From Octopus bimaculoides (taxonomy: Eukaryota), in NCBI RefSeq assembly GCF_001194135.2, contig NC_068981.1:95234145-95279297 (forward strand): a stretch of 45,153 nt of DNA. The letters are read 5' to 3'. The notes below the pieces were generated by a model. That model was not told the DNA's origin, did not search any database, and saw only the letters and a list, made by a program, of their open reading frames with translations. Below are positions 25,901 to 38,400 of the stretch, one piece after another. The position numbers and the translations under genes are program-made. Every line of letters begins with the position of its first letter. The first letter of the stretch is position 1.

Positions 25901-28900
25901 TTATTTCTAGGATTGTAACTTGTTTTTTGTTGTGTCTGGTACATTAAATGTCTCTCAGAATTTGGTAGGACATGAAGAAAAAGAGGTTAGTTTTTCTACC
26001 CTTGTCTAATAATTTTTTCATAATTAAATATAATCTCTATAATTCAATCTGACAAGTTGTGTTCTGCAAGAATCAATAACTAAAAATTGAGGTACATGAG
26101 TGTATTGTGAGAGGAAAAAAAAACAAAACAAAAGAATGTTTTTGAATAGGAAACTAGAAAAATCTTTTTCTTATTAGGCTTAAGACTGACATTACCTATA
26201 GCCCTTACGAGGCTTTTCAGTCTTATAAGACCAGTCTGGTTGATGTTATGCTTGCACTACTCTCAGGTTAGTTCTTGAGTAAAGATGAGCAGAGGGAGTC
26301 TCAGATGAATTATTTTTAAAAAATTGAGTCTGTAGGATGGAGCATTGTTCATAAACTTTGTTGACCCATTGAGACTGATGAGTTTCGTCATCGTTTGATG
26401 TCCGTTTTCCATGCTGAGATGGTTTGACAGAGGTCTGGAGAGCCAGTGGCTGCACCAGGCTCCAATCTGATCTGGCAATGTTTCTACAGCTGGATGCCCT
26501 TCCTAATGCCAACCACTCTGAGAGTGTAGTGGGTGCTTTTTATGTGCCACCAGCATAGGAGCCAGTCAAGCATCCTGGCATCATTCACGTTTGGATAGTG
26601 CTTTTTATGTGCTGTTTGCATGGAGGCCAGTCAGTGGGTACTGGCATCGGCCACATGTGGATGGTGCTTTTTACGTGCTACCGGCATGGGAACCAGTCAG
26701 GCGGACTTGGCATCGACCACATTCGGATGGTGCTTTTTATGTGTTAGTGATTGAATACTAGTTTGTTGAGTGATCTTTCTCTGGATGTGGTCTAGGATGC
26801 CTTTGTGCATAGTTGCAGCACCATCCTAGATGTGGGAGTGAAATATTTTTTGTCTTTGAAGAGAAGGGCCAGTCTCTGGGATGTGGTCCTAATTTTCCGT
26901 TGAATGTGCTTTTACCAGGAGAAATCCTTGGTGGTAGTAAGTTCCAGAGTATACCATTTGTAGACAGGAATAGAATCAGAATTTTTAGGAAACAGAAATT
27001 AGAAAATTGTGGGCATTCCATACTTAATTACTTGCTTATAAATAGAGAAAGATTTAAATGAAGAGTCATAAGAACTGGATCAATAAGACGTCAGTCTTTT
27101 AGCTTTCAGTTGAGAAACTGTTCTAGCACCCTGTCACAAGTAGAGAGATGTGCTTTGGAGTACAGAACTCCTTATACAAAACTGGAGTACAAAACTCCTT
27201 ATATCATTTATTTTGAAGCAGTGCAGGTAAAAAATAGCTATAAAAAATGCTTTTAGTAGAACTAATTTAAAATTGGTGAATGGCTTATACTGAGATTAAA
27301 TCCTTTCTCATGAGTTTTGTTTTAAGTTACTTTCTTTTTTTTTTAGGTTGTTGAAATTGAAAAAAACAATCAACTGTATTTTTCTATTTTTTTCAGACAT
27401 TGCTGTTTAGTGCAGGTCTTGGTCGTCTTGTTGGTGCATTAGCTGTGTTAACTGGAGAACCATCTATGTTTACTGTACGATCAAAAACGGAGTCAGAAGT
27501 AGTACTCATATCCAAAGCAGATTTTTACTCGTATGTATAGCTTTTTCTTACTCTACTCTTGTTTTAATAATTTGAGATATTAGTCTATGGGCCACAAGGT
27601 CATTAAATTTTGCTTCATTGTTTGTGATTAGCTGTTGTTAGCTAAGGTTTTCCTCAACATATCTAGTTGGCAAAAAGTTCTAATTAACAGTTGAGCTGTT
27701 AGCATTAAGAGGGATTTATACCTGTGATAATAATTGTTCTAATACAATACAGACGTTTAATTTTCAAAAATTTGTTTCTTCCACATTTGTATGAAATAAG
27801 GAATATAAAATTGCAAGATAAAAAGTATGGACATTTTACTGAAATAAACGTTTTTATTAGGCTTCCAGTTTTTCGTACATATGAACTAGGTTTAAATATC
27901 TGTGCATGTGTGTCTGTGTAAAACACCTGTGTTGGTGCCACATAAAAAGTGCCTGTGCCAGCACCATGTAAAAGCATTCAGTACACTCTGTAAAATGGTT
28001 GGCATTAGGAAGGGCATTCAGCTGTAGAAATCATGGCAAAACAGACGATTGGTGCCTGGTGCAGCCATCCTGCTTACCAGCTCCTGTCATACTGTCCAAC
28101 CCATCCAGCATGGAGAATGGACATTCAATGATGATGATGACGCTATATCATAGGAGTAGGAGTGGCTGTGTGATAAGTAGCTTGCTTACCAACCACATGG
28201 TCCCGGGTTCAGTCCCACTGCGTGGCATCTTGGGCAAGTGTCTTCTACTATAGCCTCGGGCCGACCAAAGCCTTGTGAGTGGATTTGGTAGACAGAAATT
28301 GAAAGAAGCCCGTCATATATATGTATGTGTGTATATGTTTGCGTGTCTGTGTTTGTCCCCTCAACATCGCTTGACAACCGATGCTGGTGTGTTTACGTCC
28401 CCGTAACTTAGCGGTTCGGCAAAAGAGACCGATAGAATAAGTACTAGGCTTACAAAGAATAAGTCCTGGGGTTGATTTGCTTGACTAAAGGCGGTGCTCC
28501 AGCATGGCCACAGTCAAAAGACTGAAACAAGTAAAAGAGTAAAGAGAGTATATATATATATATATATCATCATCATTTTAGGACAGTTTCCCATACTGAT
28601 GTGAGTTGGATGGTTCAATAGGGTTCAGGAAGTCAGAGAACCACATTTTGCTACAGTGTGTCATTTTTGACATGTTTTCTACAGCTGGTTGCTCTTCCTA
28701 ACACAAACCATTTTGTAGAGGGTACTGGGTGCATTTTTTACAGCATAAGCTCTGTTGTAGTTAGTTTGCTGTTATGACTAAAGAGCCATCTCAAGCCCTG
28801 TGTTGCTGCTGCTCAAATCAATTACCAATTATGTACAGAATGCACTGGGCAGTTTTTGTGGCATCAGCATTGCCAGGGTCACCTTCCATGTTGGGAGGAA

Positions 28901-29299
28901 CAAATTTATTGTGAGAATAAGGGAGGGAACAGTTATATCAATCCAAGTGATTAATGACTTTTGTTTAAAGTTTGAAAATGGGATGTTTTTGTTTGTTAAA
29001 GTAAAAATATTTTCTCATTTCGAAAATTAAACTTTTTCAGAATAATGAAAAAGCAACCTTCCATAGTACTTCAAGCAGCCCATACTATTGTCAAAAGAAT
29101 GTCTGCCTTTGTGAGGCAAATTGATTTTGCTTTGGACTGGACAATGCTAGAAGCTGGTAAAGCTTTGTTCAGGTAAAAGAAATCAAAATATTTCTTAGTT
29201 TCTGTATGACTTTAAAAAGAAATTTTCAACAATCAAAACACTGAATTTGTAAAGTATGATTTATACTGTCTCTCTCTCTTTCTCTCTCTTTCTCTCTCT

Positions 29300-29337
<38 letters not shown>

Positions 29338-29356
29338 CTCTTTCTTTCTCTCTCTT

Positions 29357-29406
<50 letters not shown>

Positions 29407-32400
29407 CCTCTCTCTCCCTCTCTCTCCCCACCTCTCTCGCACACACACGCATGCACACACACACACACACACACACACAAATACACACAGTCCCTAACTC
29501 CCATTTTTTTTATTACAGCTTATTTTTCAATATTTTGTCTCACTTTCAGGTTATTTTTTATTATATTAGAAAATGTATTGTGGATTGGCATTCTTCAGAC
29601 GAGTTCATCACATCATCTTTCCTCCTAATCCCCAGAAGAAAAATAAATAAAAAAAACAAAAACAATATTCATATAGCTTTGCTCTCAGAGTTAATTGTAT
29701 CTAATTGCATTGCTCTGTGTTCCTTTCCTTTTTTTTTCTTTTTTTTCAATAGAATCCTTTTGTAAGTATTTTTTAGTATGTGCTAAAATAATTTTGAAGA
29801 AAACCTGTTTAGGGAAGATTTAGTATGTTCCTTCAATGTAACATATTTCAACCAAATTAGACTGCATCAGTTCTGTATTCAGATTGTATGCAGTACATAG
29901 TTCTTGACTATTTTTCAACTACTGGTCTAATAATGTTTGACAAAAATTATAGCAAAATGCAATTGTTCTATGGTTTATTATATATTTGAGTAATTGTTCC
30001 AAATTACATAATATATGTCACTAACTATCAACCATTCTGTCTTCATTAGGCAAGATGACCCGTGCAACTCTATCTATATCATCCTGACTGGGCGTTTACG
30101 ATCAATCATCACTACTCCAAATGATAAAAAAGAACTGGTTGGAGAATATGGCCGTGGAGACCTTGTTGGCATTGTAGAAGCATTAACCCAGACCCAACGA
30201 GCTACAACATTGATGGCTGTGAGGTAAATTACTCTAAATTAATGATTCAAGTTGATGTTTAACATCATTATTCCAATATTCTAGGGGTTTCTTTTCTTTT
30301 AAAGGGTTTTATACCAGCTCTTCAAGCTGTTAAAACTTTGGATTATATAGTTTGCTCTACTTGAGTAAGGAACTACAGCTCTTCATTGTGCCTATTTACT
30401 GCAACATTTACAACATTAAGGATTGCTTCATTGCTCTTAATTCTCTGACAAGTTATAAACTTTTGACCTTCAACCAATGGATCAATGTTTAATGATTTAC
30501 AAATAATAATACTTGTGTTTCTATTGCTTTAAACATGTAAATTTAATGATGTTTCTGTTTTAATTTCTGCACCAAAATTTAATGTTTTCTTTCATTCATT
30601 CTCTCCATTTTAGAGATACTGAACTTGCTGATATACCAGCAGAATTATTAAATCACATTAAAAGAAAATACCCACAGATTGTTGCTCGTCTCATTCATTT
30701 GTTGGGACAGAGACTGCTTGGTAGTCTTCAAAGCAGATCAGGTAATGAATCATACTGATAAACAAAATAATGACATATTGCTGTAGTAATGTTATGTTGT
30801 TGTAATGTTCTGTGTGCACAAATATTGTAAGGTTCAGTTATATTGTTTGTAGTGTTAGTCTCATCTCTGCTTCACTTATCACATCTTGCATCAAATTTTA
30901 TTCATATAAATTCCTCTCCACAACACTTGTAATAGCTTTCTACTAAATAATTTTATATATTGTTCATTTGTTTGTAAGTTCAACTATTGAATGCACTCCA
31001 TTAATTTGGGAGTTATAAACGTTTACTATATATGCATATGTAATGTTTACTTGAATTTCATGTTCATGTAAAAATATTTTACTTTGTTAGATAAAATGAA
31101 ACATAATTGCCTTGTTCAGTTATTGGGCTGTGTCAAGAAATGAAATGAGGTATTCCCTGACAAAGCCCACTCATTGAACAAGTCAATTAGGCTTTGTTTT
31201 AACTCAAAGTAACCTTTTTGCCTGAATTTGAAGCTCAAGTTGCTGTCAAACACATCTTCACAGCACACTCATTTGCCCACATAAACTGATATAATTTAGA
31301 AAAGTTAATGCTTTTAATGCTGTCATTCTTATGAACTAATAAACAAATAAAAAAAGTATATCTATTTCATTAACACTTTAAAATATTTACTTTTTACAGC
31401 TCCACTGAGTATAGAGAACCGGCTATTAGTTTCAAACCTTTCAACTGTTGCTGTTGTCCCTGTCTCACGTGATGTACCTCTTACTAATTTTGTTCTGGAA
31501 CTACAACATGCTCTCAATGCAATAGGTAAATCTTGTTTTAATATTCAGTTTCTATTATAAGGCTTGGTGCTGTGTTGTTGAACCCCTATACCAGCTTTCA
31601 TTGAGAAAATGTATTACCATATCACTATAATATATCTGGGGCTGTTTTATCGAATATGTTCTTACTTCTTTAAAACTTTCTTTAAAACTGTTAGAACAAA
31701 TTTGAAATGAGCAATTTGGTTGCTGTATCTAGCTGGTTTGCTCAAAGACTGGGACTGACTGGAATAGTAGAGCAATGAACTAAATATCTTAAAGTATTTG
31801 TTTTTGTGTCTTTACATTGATTTCAAATTCTGCTGCAATTTATTTTGTATTGTATTTTTTTTTTGAGAGGAGGTGGGGGTTCCACAAATCAATTTCCTGT
31901 AATAGTCTTGCAAGTTACATGGTGTCTTTACTAGTGCTGGTACCATGAAAAAGCACCCTGTACACTCTGTAAAGGTATCTGGCTGTAGAAACCATGCTAA
32001 AGTAGACATTGGAATATGATGCAATCTTTGGACCCATTGGATCCTGTCAAACTCTCCAACCCATGCCAATATGGAAGACAGACATTAAAAGATGATAATG
32101 ATGAATTTAGGGTTGATTTAATAGACATTTGCCTTTCTTTTCAATGTATTGGTTTAAAACAATCAATACTTCAATGAAAATTGGTACCAGTATACCAACA
32201 CACTTAATAAACTAAGTTTATTAAATGATTTGCTTCCTTAAATAGACTAAGAAACGAGTTTTATAAATGGAATTCATTCTTAAAATATCTTTTGTTGATA
32301 GAAATTATTTGATTTGTGGCGCATTATATCATTTTAATTAACAGTAGGAAAATTAATTGAACATCACTGGGTTATAATTGAATCCTTTTGTATACTTGTA

Positions 32401-35400
32401 ATGTGTAAAGCTAAAATTTTTCTTTAAGCATGAAAGATTCCTGAAGGCAGCTGTAAACAATTTCAGTGTATCTTGTATTATTAAATGAAGACAAAATCAT
32501 CATCATCATTTAACGTCTGTTGTCCATGCTGGCATGGGTTGGATGGTTTGACTGGGCTTGCATGCTGGAAGGCTGTGCCAGGCTCCAGTGTGATTTGGCA
32601 TGATTTTCTCTGGCTGGATGCCCTTCCAACCACTCCGAGAGTGTTATGGATGCTTTTACGTGCCACCGGCACGGATGCCATTTGTGTAACACCAATATCT
32701 GCCATGACTGCTATTTTGCTCAGCTTGATGGGTTTTCTTCTTAAGCACGACATAATGCCAAAGGTCTTGGTCATTGGCTCCATGAGGCCCAACACTTGAA
32801 AGGATCTCAGCCACTTTACCTCCATTGAGGCCCAGCACTTGAAAAGAATTCAGCCACCTCACCTCCATGAAGCCTGCTTGAAAGGAACTCAGCCACCTCG
32901 CCTCTGTGAGGCCCAACACTCAAAAGGAACTCAACCACTTTGCCTCACTGAGGCCCAGTGTTCAAAAGGAATTCAGCCACTTCACCTCTGTGAGGCTCAC
33001 TTGAAAGGAACTTAGCCACCTCGCCTCCGTGAAGCCCAATGCTTGAAAGGAACTTGGCCACTTTGCTTCTGTCAGGTCCAATGCTCGAAAGGTACTCAGC
33101 CACTTTGCCTTCGTGAGGTCCAATGTTCAAAGGTTGATCTTTTTTTACGTGCCACCAGCATGAGTGCACTTGACTTGATGGGTCCTCTTAAGCAGAGTAC
33201 ATCTCGATCACTAGTTATGTTATATAATGTTATATAATATTATTTAGCTCATCATTTATATTATCATTGAAGAATTCTTAATTTCTTTTCTGAAGAATTA
33301 TGATTTCGAAAGTAAATAACTTTGTCCTCAAATCTTACACCAAGCTTTAAATTTATTTTGTAGGTCCAACTGCTCGGATCACTAGTGAGATAGTCAGTGC
33401 AAGAATTGGTAGTTCTGGATTTAACAGGTAATTATAGAACTAATATTCTAATATCCGTATTTCTCTATGAAAGTTTTCATTGTATCTGTTTGAGAAGCTA
33501 CACTTTAGAAGCTATAATCTAAAGGATTTAGTCTTACTTTTATTGAAGAAGATTAGGACACTTGTCAGAAACAATAGTTCCAAACAAAATTACTTATAGC
33601 ATTTGGTCTCATCCATCTAAAATTCTGTGTTCAAATCTTATCAGGGTTAATGAGGCCTTACTGTGAGGGACCACCCTGAGATCTTATCACAACTATTTTA
33701 TCTCTCTTTCCTGCTCCCACTCTCACTTCTATAATGTGAGACCCTATGTAACTCCTCTGCAGCATGAAGCCTGTTCTGTTCTGGCCCTTTCTCTCATTAA
33801 CTAGCATAAAGCCACCTCCTTTTCTACTGTTGTCCCATTCAGTCAAAATGATCATGCAAGCTGCATTGCAACCTCGCTAGTGTTGGTGCCCTGAATAAAA
33901 CCCTCAATGCAATCTGTAAAGTGGTTGGTATTAGGCAGGGCATCTAGCTGTAGAAACAAAACCAAAACAAACAGTTGAGCATGATGCAGTCTTTGAACCC
34001 ATCAGGTTCTGTCAAACCAGCCAACCCATTCCAGCATGGAACATGGATGTTAAGATAAGAACAATAAAAGTTGTGGTCTTATGCCAATATAAGAAATCAA
34101 TAATTTAGAATTGTGAACAAAATTTTAGAAATTGCTTTAAGTAGAGGTAACAGAATTAAAGCTTTTGGATTTAATCATTTCATGTTAAATCAAAATAGAT
34201 TTCTGTAAACTTTTCTTTAAATTGTTGATATCCAGTAATGCTCTCTAGCTCGCTTCTCTTCATCTTAGTCTTTGAACCAGTTTCTCAAGAATTCAATTTT
34301 GGGTACTTGATTGAAGATTCTTATAAAAAAATCAAAGGAACAAGAAAAACTTTCTAGTTTAAGAGAACATATTTGAGTCTAATTAAGGTACTTATTAGTA
34401 AAAGAGTTCACAAGGAAGTGGCTTTTGTCTTATGCGAGAGTGAATTAAGCAAGATCTCAATATTTTGTAGTTAATGCAAATAATGGTTGCAAAAATCACT
34501 TCTGTCAGTTTAACTAAGAACCAATTTCAGGTGTGCTAAATCAATTTGAATTGTTAGCAACTTTGAATTGCTCAGATGACTTATTGACATAGTAGATATA
34601 TTTTGTATAATTAAAATAGTTAAGGCAGTGATTTGGCAGAATTATTAGCACTTTGGACAAAGTGCTTAGTGACATTTCTTCCTGCTCTTTACATTTTGAG
34701 TTCAAATTCTGCCGAAGTTGACTTACCTTTCATCCTTAAGGTCAATGAAATAAGTACCAGTTGAGTACTGGGGTTTATGTAATCAAGTATTCCCCTCCTC
34801 TAAAATTGCTAGCCTTGTACCAGAATTTGAAACCAATATGGTTTTAATGTGAGAAATTATTGATTATACAAAGATTTAAAACTGAAACCGATGGAGACGT
34901 TTAATAACTGTTCTAAAATCTTCATTTCTCTTGAATTCATATAAAAGTTAAATTGTGTTGTTAATGCTGATAAAATATTCAAATTTCATAATAGGTGAAT
35001 ACTGTTAACACACATTTACTGACAAGAAAAGTAAATAGAGATGACTGAAAAAATCTGAAGTTTTTACTTTCAGCAAATTGCATCATTTTGTGACCTTTAG
35101 TAAAAAACAAATATAAGCAAGGCTCTTCTCTCTGTTTGCAGAATGACACTTCATTCTGGGGACTCTGTTGGTCTATGGAAACCATGCATATGTATGAGTA
35201 GGAATAATTATTATTATAATAGATGTGCTGTCAGGAGTTAGATGAATCTAAAATGTTTCATTAATGTTCCTTTTCTTTAAAAGAAATTAGCTGGTAATTT
35301 TGCTTTTTTTTTGAAATTTCAGTTTGAATGACTTCCGTTTGTTCAGCTGGCTTGGACAACACGAAGATATTAATCGAATGGTTTTATACCAATGTGATAA

Positions 35401-38400
35401 TACAATGACACGATGGACTAAGCATTTTGTGAGGCAAGCTGATTGTATCCTAATTGTTGGTGTTGCCACAAATGACCCCACATCATTGGGTGAAGTATGC
35501 ACTAATCTTTAAAATCTTAACTTTACCCATGCTACTCAGTAAATCTAATTTACCACTATAACCCTCTCATTAAAATCGTTCTTCGATCCTATGTGTGTTT
35601 ATATATATATATATCACAAATGATTTTCTCTTTCAAGCTCAAAAGTTGAGAGCAGTTCTTAACTGGCACTGACTTCTGTTACTAGTTTCTTCACCATATG
35701 TATTGTTATTGTCAAGTAAATAGTTCATCCAAACCGAATGTTGTCACTTAAAAGCTAATTGATATTCCTAATTACTTTTTTTATAACATTTATTTTGCAA
35801 AGTATTTTTTAGACTAAATTTTTCACAAGTGCATTTACACTTATATATATGTACACGAATTATCTTATTTTATTGGAGAGAAAAAGGCTCTTTTTTTTTT
35901 TTGTTAGAGTAACATATTTAGTAATTATTGAAAACTAGAAAATATTTTGTAGCACATTAATTTGTACCTTTATTTAATTTAACTAAACAATAATTGCACA
36001 TCAGGTTTTCAACAGGTAAATCCTCATTTGCATGTATCTAGGTGTTAAATATAAGCTATAGCACAATTTTTCTTTAAATGCTGTACACTCTGTTTGCTGC
36101 ATATATTGCTTTTTGCAACAAAATGTCTTGAGTTATTTTCCAAGTGCAGTGTCCTATTATTGCCATTTATATATATTGAGTCATCCCATAAGTAATGCAG
36201 TTTTTTTTATACTGCTTTTATTTTTCAAAATTAAAATAAACAAAATTCTTTTTTAATCTAAAATATACTCTCCTTAATTTTCTACACTGCTCTTCCATCT
36301 ATCTGGTAGATTTGCAAGGCCCCTCTTCCAAAATTCACTTGTCCGTGATGAAAAATACTTCTCCAGTACCGTTCTAATTTTGTCTACAGAATTCATGGTT
36401 TTTTCTGTTCAAATGACTTTGAAGACTGCAGAATGAATGATAATCAGATGGAGCAATGTTTGGTGAATATGGTGGGTAGAGCATCATTTTCCATTCAAAC
36501 TACTACAGCCTTTGGAATGTCATCCTTGCTGTATGTGGCCAAGCATTATCCTAAAGGAAGAACACCTTTTGTATTGAAACCAAAGATGGTCGTTTTTCTT
36601 TTAACACTGCTTGCAGTAGATCTCTTTTGTTATCGTTTGGTTTGGGTTTAAAAGTTTGAAGTGGACTAAACCTTTCATATTCCATCAAACAGATAACAAC
36701 ACATCATGTGGGTGAAGATCTTCTTTAGCCTGGGGTGCTGGTGTTTCTCCTTTCCCTACCCACTGTCTTCGGCACTTGACATTTTTATAGAGAACCCATT
36801 TCTTGTCGCCAGTTACTATTCGGTCCAAAAAAGGTTCATTCGTGAGATGTAACAGCAAAGAAGAGCACACATTCACTCTCTGTACAGGATTAGACTTGGA
36901 AAAGTTTGTGAGGAGCCCATTGACTCAATTTGCTGATTTTTCTGATGGCATGTAGGTGTTGATGAATGATTGAATGACAAAATCCAAGCTTCTCTGTTAG
37001 TTCCTCAACAGTTATGATGGGATTTTGTTCCACCAGGGTTGCAGGATGTCCTCATTGAGCTCTACAGATCTTCCAGTACAAGGCTCGTCTTCTAGGCTGT
37101 TGTTTCCAGCTTGGAATTTCTTGAACCACTGTTGACACTGGCTTATTTTCTGATCCCCATATACTGCATTAATATTCCTCACACTTTCTGTTGGATTTCC
37201 GGCTTTCATTGAACTCATAAAGCAAAATATGCTGAATATGCTCCTTTGTCACTTCCATTATAGCTTTGAAGAAATAACTTAAAATCAAATTGCGCTCTTC
37301 AAAACTTGCACTAAGAATAGATACAAGGTAAAATTACTACCTGATTTTATACCAAGTTGATGCAGGTAGTTTATCCTGTCCCCCTCTGACTTTTAGTTCA
37401 TAATTCATGCAGTTGAAAAAACCACATTATTTATGGGATGATCCAATACATACGTACATACATATATATATATATGTATATATATATATGTATATATATA
37501 TATGTATATATANNNNNNNNNNTATATATATATATATATATATATACATATATAAATTACTTGGTTAATATTTGGTCTTTCAAAATGCTATAAAATTCTA
37601 GTTCAAACCTTTGTACATCAGGTTGAAACACAGTTGGAAAACATAGCTGTTCGAGCTCAAAAAGAATTAATTTTGCTACATAAAGAAGGTACTGATACAC
37701 CTCGCAGAACAGCTGATTGGTTAAATGCACGTGGTTGGTGCTCCTCACATCATCATATTCGTTGTCCCAAGAGAGTGTTCAGTAAGAAAAATAAAGAAAA
37801 AACAGTAAGTTCTTATTTCTTTTTTTTTTTTTTTTTTTTTTTTCTTTGTTCTTTTGACACTACACTTAAATTTGCAATTGTATGTATATTTGCAATTTGC
37901 TGACTCTTATTTTTTAATACATCAGTTTTTCTCTGTGGTTTGATAAAGTTTTCGTTTTTACTGTGCCTGCTCCTTATATTTTGTGTAAGTATCAATAAGT
38001 GCAAGCCTTGCTGTGTGGTTAAGAATTCTGCTTCCAGTCCACATCGTTTTCAGTTCAGTCCTACTGCATGGCACTGTGGGTGTTTTCTATGATAACCTCA
38101 GGCCGATCTAAGCCTTGTGAACGGATTTGGTGGACAGAAATTGAAAGAGGCCTGTCATATATATGTTATGTATGCCTGAGTGTGTGTGTTTGTGTCCCCT
38201 AGTCTTAACATCGCCTGATAATTGCAAATGAGTGTTACTGTCATACAAGCAATATCATTCATTTTCAATTTATGCAAAAATGTCAAATATGTCTGGGCAC
38301 AGGGAAATATTACTTTACTTGGAAACATGTGAGGGTTGGTGACAGGAAGGGCATCAAGCTATAGAAAATCTACCTTGGTAAACTCTGTCTGACCCATGCA

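Noticed and set aside
32784-33133. Regularly spaced ~42-bp repeats as a CRISPR array
   Set aside because: Contiguous degenerate tandem units without unique spacers, no cas genes, eukaryotic intron
33290-33315. CTGAAGA...GAAA as a second hammerhead
   Set aside because: No convincing stem II or stem I pairing; expected by chance in AT-rich DNA
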